NCBI GenBank assembly: GCA_937625935.1
Contig: OW569346.1
Coordinates: 434,001 to 498,000 of the forward strand
Direction of reading: 5' to 3'
From: Tetramitus jugosus
Taxonomy: Eukaryota > Protista > Heterolobosea
DNA: 64,000 bases
Shown here: positions 12,301 through 20,962 of the stretch, piece after piece
Position numbering within the stretch: position 1 is the stretch's first letter
Layout: every line of letters begins with the position of its first letter
Made by a program: the position numbers and the translations under genes
The notes under the pieces: model-generated
What the model saw: the letters and a program-made list of their open reading frames with translations, nothing else
The model's database searches: none
Told to the model about the DNA's origin: nothing

Positions 12301-13302
12301 ATATCCGTCTCTTATCGTACAACGTCTCAACAAGTCATCCCTCGATGGAAAGTATGGAATCACCATTTGTGACATGTGTGACATTTGAAGTAAACATTTG
12401 ACTCTTGTTCTGTCCACTGTAATCTCCAAGTATGAAAATTGAGATGCACTGGGAAATTTTCTTCTCCTTTGTTGATTCCTCTTGTGAGCATCTCGGTCAG
12501 AATGATTAGAATGATGATGACTCTTGGCAGTACCGACGCTCCGAATACTCTTGGATGTCACAAATGACCAATCTTCAAACATGAACCAATGATTCAAATA
12601 GGACATGTTGAATGATTGGTCAAAGCTACTATTGTCATCTGAGTGCTGCAATGCCGTCATGGCATCATTCGAAGAAATTACTTCACAAACGACTTCAGTA
12701 CTCTTACTATCATTACTAACGACACCATGACTATTGTTATTCAAAGTATGATTATCAACATTATTGAGTTCATCGTCATCACTCTGAGTGAAAAACAGAG
12801 AAGCCACATGAATTCGCGTTTTCCATCGAGGCAAAATTCGACCAATCAAAATTCTTCTTTTACTACTACGACTACTGCTACTGCCACTACTACAACTACT
12901 ACTACTTTGACATGTATCAGAATCAAGTTTCTTCTTTTTATGTTCATTGTTCATTTGCAGCAAATCAGAAAGTTTGACAAGTTCAACATCCTCAGTATTG
13001 TTGTTGTTGCTGTTGTTGTGATCGGAAACATAGTGAATCAAATTGGAGAAAACATGTTGCATGACTTCTTCGGATGAACAGTGAATCGTTTGCCTCAATT
13101 GATCCAATAGCAACAACGAACGGGATGACGTATCAACCACTACCTTTTGTTTCTTTGTTACATGTTGTAGTTCATTGTCATCAGTGCTTGTTGCTGGAGA
13201 TGTAATGGTTGGAGGTCTGTCGGCAGACGTGGTGGTTGAAGTGTTGATGATGGTATTGTCATAGTGTCTCTTTCGATTGACTTGTTGTTGATTGGTTTTC
13301 AT
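9361..13302 (-). CDS. CTC1: CST complex subunit CTC1 (multi-OB-fold telomere protein)
   Basis: HYEGHIT...GRGLRKGVRVRLFNVH...GCCRLSTIQIIKFS and the C-terminal IDDGTQRAL resemble conserved CTC1 OB segments. About 1310 aa; first ATG is 13302. Confidence 0.75.
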   Translation of the reverse strand: MKTNQQQVNRKRHYDNTIINTSTTTSADRPPTITSPATSTDDNELQHVTKKQKVVVDTSSRSLLLLDQLRQTIHCSSEEVMQHVFSNLIHYVSDHNNSNNNNTEDVELVKLSDLLQMNNEHKKKKLDSDTCQSSSSCSSGSSSSRSSKRRILIGRILPRWKTRIHVASLFFTQSDDDELNNVDNHTLNNNSHGVVSNDSKSTEVVCEVISSNDAMTALQHSDDNSSFDQSFNMSYLNHWFMFEDWSFVTSKSIRSVGTAKSHHHSNHSDRDAHKRNQQRRRKFPSASQFSYLEITVDRTRVKCLLQMSHMSQMVIPYFPSRDDLLRRCTIRDGYIDNHFQVKNCAIVGEVVAMCPIFSQASSSSSSSDRVIQFMIRVQLQRIPEASSNKEREHLVSGSNEKNKSNEHSSFLSSVRSMSETEQVIIIFSSKVHHSLVCLHHFITVNQTYLFSGLRKVKLSVNAGVNTLHLKTPSVSYYMASAQTYFFPLSVEIAKVSSAVVDHNHQSQLLETSTIISERVTARSTSDLNSSVLSNEEGEIEESMIDHGKTIHYEGHITCTARLYTHAMCTIDDQYSLFLNYFPIKNFGRGLRKGVRVRLFNVHPIFAPQNSLEQKYELQGFGCCRLSTIQIIKFSSDSESDYRPLMHSIDTSQLNVNGKIMPHEDVWTKQPHLYPHYIIFLQFFEKCKTKFEYLMNEQQLVDSNIVSYLFEKYFVANCHDTKLTEDQADVYNDFVQHNTSCNLVSCYKPAYSDMNNKIPIIVTVSELINWSTKCFKDTMPENKRGANWSVIDNIASNWILLGSLGFPSSKQQDFYFNFFDSTASILVQLLLNDSSQLEFDWNRYRKDVYMVSQFRIVQDERDGESITFLQIFQLKLCIRYDHMQQLSLHSQPNESNTTRTDSAACDDQYQFLITFLSDWSYSYNEFTMKALVLQSPSNSITRRSTIQIRCSASFGLGLHSMLRLSTIITVRNPVILDQGGLELTDQSVVKIVEEQDTALQSVRSVLINNSKTSNKQSVYNNPNEFINMKGYLIRRQTLQNSQIHLVLRDTNTPDTIDVYVKRSHLVGCIPNHVQLILYNVSKRYSSQSGKVYISFNPGSSRIIQLPCTRNQNLGSYSDMPNMKLLSLYSNTNIQHIFSQRAIFHVDSCSIYAIHKFIYQIESKWCNLVCTIDDGTQRALLIIRDIDIIHCLFPRIDEQIRSQNFRNHDDNSYDQSGVIPMQEMNSLKISLHAKLAHPIKKQVNHIIPRADGQFHNPFPNYEMEQNEETKQYTRAEKVVLIAEAVSVLSSVYRASSETRESLLSLVQSSLASLNL

Positions 13303-13355
13303 GTGTGTGTTGAATTGCTTTTTGGGGACAAAAGTTCGAGAATTCAATCGAACAT

Positions 13356-14495
13356 TTATTTTTTGAGCTGAAGCATGGCTCCGTTGCTTGTCTGAGTAAT
13401 CTGAGCAACTCCAATGCCCAACAGTTCTCTAATGTGCCAATCTATGCCCAAATTGGTTTTCTTTAGCTTTCTCTCCCTCAGTGTATGCAACATGATTTCC
13501 TTGTACTTTTTCCGCTTCAGTATAGAAACAATCTCTTCTCTGCCTCCCTTGACCTCAACAATAAATTGTCCAGCACCTGGTGCATTGAAATAATAGTTTT
13601 GGTTGTCCTTTATGGTAAACAGACCAATTTTCATGAGAAGAGACATGTCTGTGGCTTGATCACACTCGATAATTCTCTTCAATTCATCCTTGCTAATCAC
13701 CGTATCCGAATACTCTGGTATCAAGTCATCAATGTACCTCTCTGACAAGACACGCAATCTTTCATTGTCCTTCTTGATCATGTTCACTCTCAATTTCTTT
13801 TGTTTTTCTCTGTATTCACTCAAATTATCATAATCTCCACCGTCATCTTCAACTGCACCACCATCCTCATCAATCTTGGCTGACAGAATGACATCGACCG
13901 ATCGTCTAATGTGTTGAATGAGATCATCAGTGTAACAATAAGCAGTGACAGTCGATCCCAGATGATGCATGTGAAATTGTCGAATGATACGCTCCGATAT
14001 CAACTCATCCAACTCTCTTTCAATCTGAGTTTGCATATTGGGTTCCAACATGGCATGAAGCATGTGTTTGAGCATGATGGGAACAGGTGTGTTTCTTCCA
14101 TGACACAACTGCTTCAATTTTAATAGTGCCAAATTGACTGTACTGAACTGTATTGAATCCACCAAATTATCATCCATGCTCAACAAATCGTCCATTGCTT
14201 CTTCAAATTGCTTTTGTTGTTCTTCACTCACATATTTTGAGTTGTTGAGTGTTGTGTTATTGGTAGTGTTGGTATCGTTTGTTTGGTTGTCTACTGTTGA
14301 TGTGCTACTGTTATTGCTGTTGACATGATGACTGAATTTGGTTCGCTTGTTGTTGGAAGAGTGGTTTGATTGAAGAGTGAGATTGGTAGAGACGCGATCA
14401 GCTGTTTGATTGACAAGTTGTGTTCGACGTTGTCTTTTTCGTCTGTTGCTTTCCATTTGAGCCACTACATCTTGTGCTCGTTGTTGTTGATTCAT
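13356..14495 (-). CDS. STK19: STK19-family winged-helix DNA-binding protein (TC-NER factor; not a true kinase)
   Basis: PGAGQFIVEVKGGREEIVSILKRKKYKEI...LGIDWHIRELLG...TSNGAMLQL matches the STK19 C-terminus. Confidence 0.88.
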   Translation of the reverse strand: MNQQQRAQDVVAQMESNRRKRQRRTQLVNQTADRVSTNLTLQSNHSSNNKRTKFSHHVNSNNSSTSTVDNQTNDTNTTNNTTLNNSKYVSEEQQKQFEEAMDDLLSMDDNLVDSIQFSTVNLALLKLKQLCHGRNTPVPIMLKHMLHAMLEPNMQTQIERELDELISERIIRQFHMHHLGSTVTAYCYTDDLIQHIRRSVDVILSAKIDEDGGAVEDDGGDYDNLSEYREKQKKLRVNMIKKDNERLRVLSERYIDDLIPEYSDTVISKDELKRIIECDQATDMSLLMKIGLFTIKDNQNYYFNAPGAGQFIVEVKGGREEIVSILKRKKYKEIMLHTLRERKLKKTNLGIDWHIRELLGIGVAQITQTSNGAMLQLKK

Positions 14496-14685
14496 GTTGT
14501 TGTTTTTCTTTATTGCATGTGCTCGTTTTTTTGAAGTGAGGTTCCAGCAATCGCTGGAACGAAGCGGGAGATTATCGTCAGCTGGAATCTACGGAATTCT
14601 CCCTCGACGTTTTTTCAGTTGTGCGATCATCAGACCATCAAGGTACCTTCACAGAAAGCAATATTCTTATTGATAAGAACAAGAA

Positions 14686-15673
14686 ATGGCTCATCGTTAT
14701 CAACAACATTTCTCTTTGCCAGAGAATTTTCATGAGATGCTCAAGGGTTTCACGAGAGAAGTCCTTCGTGATCAACCCTCTAACATTTATGACTACGGTC
14801 TTGAATATTTTACTCAGTTGGCAAATCTTCAAGAATCTTCATCAAAATCCTCTGTTCCTCATTACTATAGCGATCAACCGGCAGTGTCAGTTTCAGCATC
14901 TTTCCTGCAGTCATCTGACAGTGACCGGACATTGGCTGAGAATAAGGACTCGCAATCGTTGACAGAAGAAGAAAACAATGATAGAAACGAACAAGAAGAT
15001 TCTGATTTGCATGAAGAGGAAACCGATCATATGGATGTTGATGAGATTGGAGATCACTTAAAGGAAGCCCTTATGCAAGTAGACGTTAACGAGAATGGAT
15101 TCTTGGGAGTGGAACAAGTGAAAAGAGTGATATCTCAGTTCAATTTGATTTCTCCTATGAAACTGTTGTTCTTGGTATCGGAATGTTGTCAATTGACTGA
15201 TGAGGCACTAGTGGAGTACATTGATTTTGTGGATCAAGCTGTTGGTCTATTGAAGACAATTGACGATTATGATTTCCTCAATGAAGTATGTATTCGACTT
15301 ATGAAACCTGTTTTTTGGAAGAGCAATGAGTAAACTTAAACAATTGTTTGTTTGCTACTATTGTGCCAAATAGGATGTTGAAGTAGGGGAAGAGGATTTG
15401 GTGCATGATTTAAATGCTGCCGAGCTGGAAGAAGAATTAAGAGCTGTATTATCAAGGTCAGACGAAGAACAAACGGGTCAAATACACATTCGCCACTTTA
15501 TCCAGGAGTTGTCAGAAGCAGAATTGGACTTGACGAAGAGAGAACTCACAATCATCCTCTGTGAAACACCAGTGGATGAAAATGGAATGGTTAACTATGA
15601 GAATGTTCTTCCTAGCATGCACACACTGATATTTGTCGCGCAATGGATCGATGATCACATGCAGCAATCATGA
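14686..15673 (+). CDS. RIIa (D/D) domain plus EF-hand protein, radial spoke RSP7-like; intron 15286-15373
   Basis: LPENFHEMLKGFTREVLRDQPSNIYDYGLEYF is an RIIa domain, followed by EF-hand-like loops. The GTATGT..TAG intron joins the two ORFs in frame. Confidence 0.75.
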
Positions 15674-15923
15674 ATCGTGTCCGCTTCTTGGACCCTGAAC
15701 AGAGATTCAGCCCTTGTCTCGAAATCTTGCCGTTCCTGGTCATAAGCTGACTTTTGTGGACAAACCTCTCGTCGCGAAAACCAATAACTCCTATTTTCAC
15801 ACAACAGAAAACCCGAAAGCTACGTTTCTCGATAAACCATCAGACTCAATCGAACTCAGCTAAGAAACAATCAATAACAACACACTCCTAGTTTTCAATT
15901 ATACTTGATATTATTTTGATAGT

Positions 15924-16790
15924 ATGTCCGCTTCTGCTGCCGCCAAAAAAGCAACCCGAACGTTTTACGATGTCTTGGGCGTCAAAACAACTGCCAGCGC
16001 CAAAGAAATCAAGATTGCCTACTTGAAGAAGGCAAAGCTTTTGCATCCCGATATACACTCAGCCAAGAAGGAAAAAAAATTACAACAACAACAACAAAAT
16101 GCCGGAACAACAACAACAACTGATGTTGATGATGCATCATCACCCACAATTGACTATGAATCAGAGTTTAAGAGCGTAACAGAAGCATACGAAGTGTTGG
16201 GAGATGTCAATGAACGTAAAAAGTATGACAGTAGAGTGTTGAATCTGTTTGATGAATCAGAGTACTATTTTGGTGGAAAGAAGAGGAGTCAGGATGCATC
16301 AGCAACAGATGGTCCTCGAAGAGAAAAGGACTTTTGGGATATGAGTCGCAGAGGAACCAGTGGAGCGAGTAGTGCTGCTTTTGTGCGGAATTTCAGTGCA
16401 GAGATGAACTATAGGAGAAAAGTGAGATATGTGTCTGATCCGGAAGAATTGGACAAGTTGAGTCGGATGTCGAGGCACTTTTTCGATCCGAGTGGTCTGG
16501 CGTATGATCAGTTCGATGCACCCAAAATTCCCAACTGGTCCGTCTTTTCGATACAAGAGTCGAGAGCTAGAGGCATCATCTTTAGGCAATTCCTGATGGT
16601 TGTCGCTGCATTCGTGTCAACTTGTTTCGGTATTCTTTTCATCCACAAAAAGGTGCTCAAGCACTACGAGATGCCAAACAAAAAGTACGAAGCATTGTTG
16701 GCAGAGTACTATGCACAGAAAGCAAAAGAAAAGGGTGAAATATTCCGTGCTTCCTTCCTAATGAATGGACTTCCAGGTGGAAAATTGTAG
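15924..16790 (+). CDS. J-domain (DnaJ type C) protein with one C-terminal TM helix
   Basis: FYDVLGV..IKIAY..HPD..EAYEVLGD, plus a hydrophobic helix near the C-terminus. Confidence 0.88.
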   Translation: MSASAAAKKATRTFYDVLGVKTTASAKEIKIAYLKKAKLLHPDIHSAKKEKKLQQQQQNAGTTTTTDVDDASSPTIDYESEFKSVTEAYEVLGDVNERKKYDSRVLNLFDESEYYFGGKKRSQDASATDGPRREKDFWDMSRRGTSGASSAAFVRNFSAEMNYRRKVRYVSDPEELDKLSRMSRHFFDPSGLAYDQFDAPKIPNWSVFSIQESRARGIIFRQFLMVVAAFVSTCFGILFIHKKVLKHYEMPNKKYEALLAEYYAQKAKEKGEIFRASFLMNGLPGGKL

Positions 16791-16875
16791 ATTGAACACA
16801 AGATAAACGAACACTTTATGAACCAAATCTTGGGAGAAAGTTATATCCCTCGAATTTAGTTTTCAATAGATGCGC

Positions 16876-18801
16876 TTAAGCAGTGAGCTCAGTGGCAAGA
16901 ACCAAAGGATTACTGTTTCTTCTTCTCAGAGTGACTGAGAATATGTTTGGATAATCGACTAGTTCACTGACTTGAATGTCTGCGTTGCCAGTTTGTGGGG
17001 TAATATCGAATGGAAGGTTGAAAATAGTAACCTTCTTGTTGTTTTCAATAAATTCCTTCAAACTCTTGTCTACAGTTAGAGTTACATATGGATCAACAAC
17101 CAAAGTGAGAGACTTCAAATATTGTTGCAATGAACCGCTCTTTCCAAAGAATTGAGAAGGGACATATCCATCCTTGAATGGTCCCATCTTATACTGGTTA
17201 ATCACTTGAGTAGAGAACCAGTCACTTCCAGGTCTAACAGTAACAACAGAGTGAGCCATTGCACCAAATTCAATTGCAAATGTAACATTTGCCTTTGGGA
17301 ATGCATAATAGCCTTGATTGTTGTTTGATAGGACAAGATCAGACTTTTGATAAAAGGTGGATTGATCAACAACTTGATATTCCTTCACCTTGATCTCAGT
17401 AATTGTTTCAGTGACACTAGTTCCATTGACAACCTTGGTCACATTTCTGGTCTCGGTCACATTCTCTCTCATGGTCAAATAATCAATGACAATAGATGAA
17501 TCCATGGCATTGTCCATGGCTTGAGATCTGGACAACTTGAGCACCAAGCTTGGCTCAACAGCCCTTCTAGCATTCTGTTCAAACACCTTGATGGATGGTG
17601 ATGTGGTCCACAATCCATCTTTTCCATTGCTTACTGAAGCTTCGTATCCATTGTCCAAGAAATTCAACAAAGTGGCCCAATGTCCCTGTAGTTCGTATCT
17701 CTTTGCATAGATTTGACCTTCCATTGCACTGACTGAACCAGCCAACGCATTCAAATAGCTGCAGAACAATTGCTTGTATTCGTCCTTTTCGTACCTAGCA
17801 GCCATCATTCCCTTGTAATTCGCCAAGCAATTCTCTTCTCTTGTAGCGTATTCTGCCTGCTTGTCTGCCAATGATTGTTTCAATGCAGTCATGTCAGCGT
17901 GTTGCTCCACAGTTTCGCGAATATCAGATGGCATATCCAAACTAGACAGGAACTCGCTGAAAGCTTCACGAATCGTCAACTCGTCTTGATTTCTGTTGAA
18001 TCCGTCCAAAAACTCTTCAGACAGCTTTCTCATATCATTGTACAGAGTGGAATCAATCTCCATGTCGACAAGCTTTTCGAGCTGTGCGTTTGATGCAGAA
18101 GGGAAGCCCAATGCAGCCAACACAACCAACTCTAATTGCTTAGAGATGATGGTGGCATTGAACTTGGTGAACAAGTTTGGGTTCACTGCAGGCTTTGATG
18201 GCTTTGCAGTCTCTTCTTCCTCATCACCAGTGTAACCACGTGGGACAATGCGTCCACTTTTACTGCACTCTTGAGAGAATGTGTTGTAACAAGCACCACC
18301 ACATGATTTTTCGCTGAAACCGCACAAAACACCCTTGCTGCAAGTCTTTCCCATGGATTCTCTGGAAGAGTAGCATTTGCCTCCACAACATGTGCTCATG
18401 AAGGAGCACCTGACAGTAAAGCACGCCTCGTCAAACTCTTCATTGTCCGACTTTGTTGAATATCTTCTGTAGTTCACTTTTTTTGGCGCCGACAAACGTT
18501 TCTTGTTTTTCTTGAGCGAGCGAGATTTCATGATGCGAGTGGAGGAGTCTGAATCGTCGAAAAAGAAGGAGCGCCCAGCAAATCCTTTCTTACTCTCACC
18601 GTAGCAATCACCGACACAACGAGTAAAATCGGGGGATGAGGTGGCAGGGTGCTGTTTGTAGCATCGATCAGTACAGACAATTTTGTTTGTAATCTTGCCA
18701 AAATTGAGGAAGGCATGACCCACATGGAAGTTGGATAAGAAAAGGGCAGTCAACAGCAGCAGAACGACTGACGATTTGATGACCATTGTTGTTCTAGACA
18801 T
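16876..18801 (-). CDS. Secreted protein A (signal peptide, Cys-rich module, core paralogous to 19252-20862); function unknown
   Basis: Long intronless ORF with a hydrophobic signal peptide and biased codon use. Shares collinear motifs with the neighbouring gene. Confidence 0.85.
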   Translation of the reverse strand: MSRTTMVIKSSVVLLLLTALFLSNFHVGHAFLNFGKITNKIVCTDRCYKQHPATSSPDFTRCVGDCYGESKKGFAGRSFFFDDSDSSTRIMKSRSLKKNKKRLSAPKKVNYRRYSTKSDNEEFDEACFTVRCSFMSTCCGGKCYSSRESMGKTCSKGVLCGFSEKSCGGACYNTFSQECSKSGRIVPRGYTGDEEEETAKPSKPAVNPNLFTKFNATIISKQLELVVLAALGFPSASNAQLEKLVDMEIDSTLYNDMRKLSEEFLDGFNRNQDELTIREAFSEFLSSLDMPSDIRETVEQHADMTALKQSLADKQAEYATREENCLANYKGMMAARYEKDEYKQLFCSYLNALAGSVSAMEGQIYAKRYELQGHWATLLNFLDNGYEASVSNGKDGLWTTSPSIKVFEQNARRAVEPSLVLKLSRSQAMDNAMDSSIVIDYLTMRENVTETRNVTKVVNGTSVTETITEIKVKEYQVVDQSTFYQKSDLVLSNNNQGYYAFPKANVTFAIEFGAMAHSVVTVRPGSDWFSTQVINQYKMGPFKDGYVPSQFFGKSGSLQQYLKSLTLVVDPYVTLTVDKSLKEFIENNKKVTIFNLPFDITPQTGNADIQVSELVDYPNIFSVTLRRRNSNPLVLATELTA

Positions 18802-19251
18802 TGCCAAGTATTATCGACCTGATGTTGTTGAGAAATTTTGTTGTTGGATGTTTCGATGAGAGGGGTTCGGAGTGTGACGGAGAGTTACACTGAACAACTT
18901 CTGGGCGGCACAGCAGCTGGCTTGATCATCCATTGACACTTCCTGGCTGAAAATAAAATTCATTCTGTGAAGTTTGCAGCACAAGGGGGCGGAAAAAATT
19001 TCAGAACTCTCCTTCTTGTCAATGTCGATTCAATCAACGTGGGAATTTTGCGAAGGGTGTCAGGGATACTATTGTCAACTGTAATCAAGGGAACCGCACA
19101 CAGGTTCTCTCTGAGGTGGGTCTCGGTGCAGACACAGCGTGCTCCTCGTGCCAACCTTTTTTTGTTTGAAAAAAACAAAGTAGGAGGATCCTTGTTTCTG
19201 GCATCATTCCCTCATCATCACCAACGATAATAACCAAACAAAAAACCAGTA
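18802..19251. promoter_or_regulatory. Putative bidirectional promoter of the paralogous pair
   Basis: About 450 bp between divergent ATGs; contains four TGACA/TGTCA pentamers within 18934-19077. Confidence 0.55.
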
Positions 19252-20862
19252 ATGGCCCGCTCCATCTCGCTATTAGTTGCTGTCTTGTTGTTCATGACAG
19301 TTGCCGTTATGGCTCTGAACACCAATGAATTGAAGCATCACATGCTCCTCAAGGAATCTGACTGCAACACAGCCTGTATCAAAAAATACAAGTCCATTAA
19401 CCGTTGTTTGAACGCTTGTTCCTCTCTCATTACTGACGCTTCCATCACAGATGCCATCGTTGAGCGCTTGACCACCTTCTCCGACGTTACTCCGCTCGAG
19501 AAGAAAACCGCTGTAAAGGGCAGAAAGAACAGAAAGTTCCGTGGGCGCGGAAGAAAATTCTCTACTGCTGCTCCATTGAGCGAAGACGGTGTCGCTGAGC
19601 AACAACAGCTCGAAGCTACAAAGCACCTCTATCAATTGTTCCACAACAATTTGAGATCAGTGTTGACCAATGGAGGATACAGTGCTGGTTTCCAATTGTT
19701 GGAAAATGCAATTGACTTGACTGATATTAGAGCGATGATCCCTGGATGGGAATCAATGCCCATCTCCATCATCAACCGTCAATCCGTTCAAGACTATGAC
19801 AACATGGCCATCCTGTCCGAAGAGTTGACTCAAGCTTCCAAGCCTGGTCCATTCCGTAGAACTGACGGCACAAAGTACAACCAAGAATATGAACAATTCT
19901 TGGCTGGTGTTCAAGGTGTGACTCAAGTAACCATTCCAAACCCTGACAATACATTGAGTGCCAAGAGAGCTCTTGAGTTTGAATATGCACTCAACAATTG
20001 TACCGTCAAGTACAGCAGTGCCAGTATGACCATTGTTGCTCGTTACACTGAAGAGCAATACTCGAACATTTTCTGTCCAGAGGTCAGACAGAGTGAACAA
20101 GCCATGTTTGCACAGATTGGTATCGAAGCAGGTGCCATTGCAAACAACAAGGCCTATGCTGCAGCTGTTGCATTGGGTATGGCCCGTGGATTGTTTACCA
20201 TGTCCTCCGCATTCAAGAAATTCCAGAGCTTCAGAGCCATGGAACACGAATGCCTCAAGGCATTGGAAGAAGAGAGACCACTCAATGGCAACGCAAAGTC
20301 CATTAGCTTTGCATACAATCATCACAACTGGAGAAACACTGCAGAGTCCTCCAGCTTTGATGTCTCTGTTGGCTATGGAGTGTTCAATGCCAAGGTTGGT
20401 CGCAGCAAGGAAACCATCACTGGTCTTGACTTGACTGCCATCGGTGGTGTTGAGATTGCTCTTGCTGACTTCAAGTATGTTCCATTGTATCCAGGTGAAT
20501 GGTACTCTTCCACTATCCTCAACTCTTTGAGATATGAGATGAGAGAAGCATCCTCCTCCCCAATTACTAGATTCTTTGGACAGAGCGGTACATTGACTTT
20601 GATCCCTAAGGCACTTTTTGTTGTCAACAACCCAACAATCAACTTCTTTGTCAAGTCTGACAAGAAGGAAGAGTTCAAGCAAAAGACCCAAACCACCATT
20701 GGTGGCGGATTGTCCGTCTTTGGTATTAACTTTGGTGGCAACTATGGTCGTGGAAAGCAAGTGGACGAAGGTACTGAGACTGGAGGAAACACCAAGATCT
20801 CTATCATCTCCAACAGTTGCAGACCACAATTGTTCGCTGTTGACAACCACTACATTTACTAA
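19252..20862 (+). CDS. Secreted protein B, with two Gly-rich amphipathic hairpins; candidate pore-forming subunit
   Basis: Signal peptide MARSISLLVAVLLFMTVAVMA, strongly C-ending codons, and paralogy to 16876-18801. The function is inferred. Confidence 0.85.
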   Translation: MARSISLLVAVLLFMTVAVMALNTNELKHHMLLKESDCNTACIKKYKSINRCLNACSSLITDASITDAIVERLTTFSDVTPLEKKTAVKGRKNRKFRGRGRKFSTAAPLSEDGVAEQQQLEATKHLYQLFHNNLRSVLTNGGYSAGFQLLENAIDLTDIRAMIPGWESMPISIINRQSVQDYDNMAILSEELTQASKPGPFRRTDGTKYNQEYEQFLAGVQGVTQVTIPNPDNTLSAKRALEFEYALNNCTVKYSSASMTIVARYTEEQYSNIFCPEVRQSEQAMFAQIGIEAGAIANNKAYAAAVALGMARGLFTMSSAFKKFQSFRAMEHECLKALEEERPLNGNAKSISFAYNHHNWRNTAESSSFDVSVGYGVFNAKVGRSKETITGLDLTAIGGVEIALADFKYVPLYPGEWYSSTILNSLRYEMREASSSPITRFFGQSGTLTLIPKALFVVNNPTINFFVKSDKKEEFKQKTQTTIGGGLSVFGINFGGNYGRGKQVDEGTETGGNTKISIISNSCRPQLFAVDNHYIY

Positions 20863-20962
20863 ATGAATTCTATGTCAAAGTAAATAGTCATGCTCCATGT
20901 GTACAATCTCTTCACTTGTTCTTTTCCTGTGCTTGTGTTGGTCCTACGATCTGGGATGTTTA

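Noticed and set aside
13356-14495. Calling the STK19 homologue a protein kinase
   Set aside because: No kinase motifs are present, and the family is established as winged-helix DNA-binding proteins.
19753-20850. 365-aa antisense ORF opposite protein B
   Set aside because: It shares codon register with B and is explained by B's avoidance of TTA, CTA and TCA. It has no protein-like motifs.
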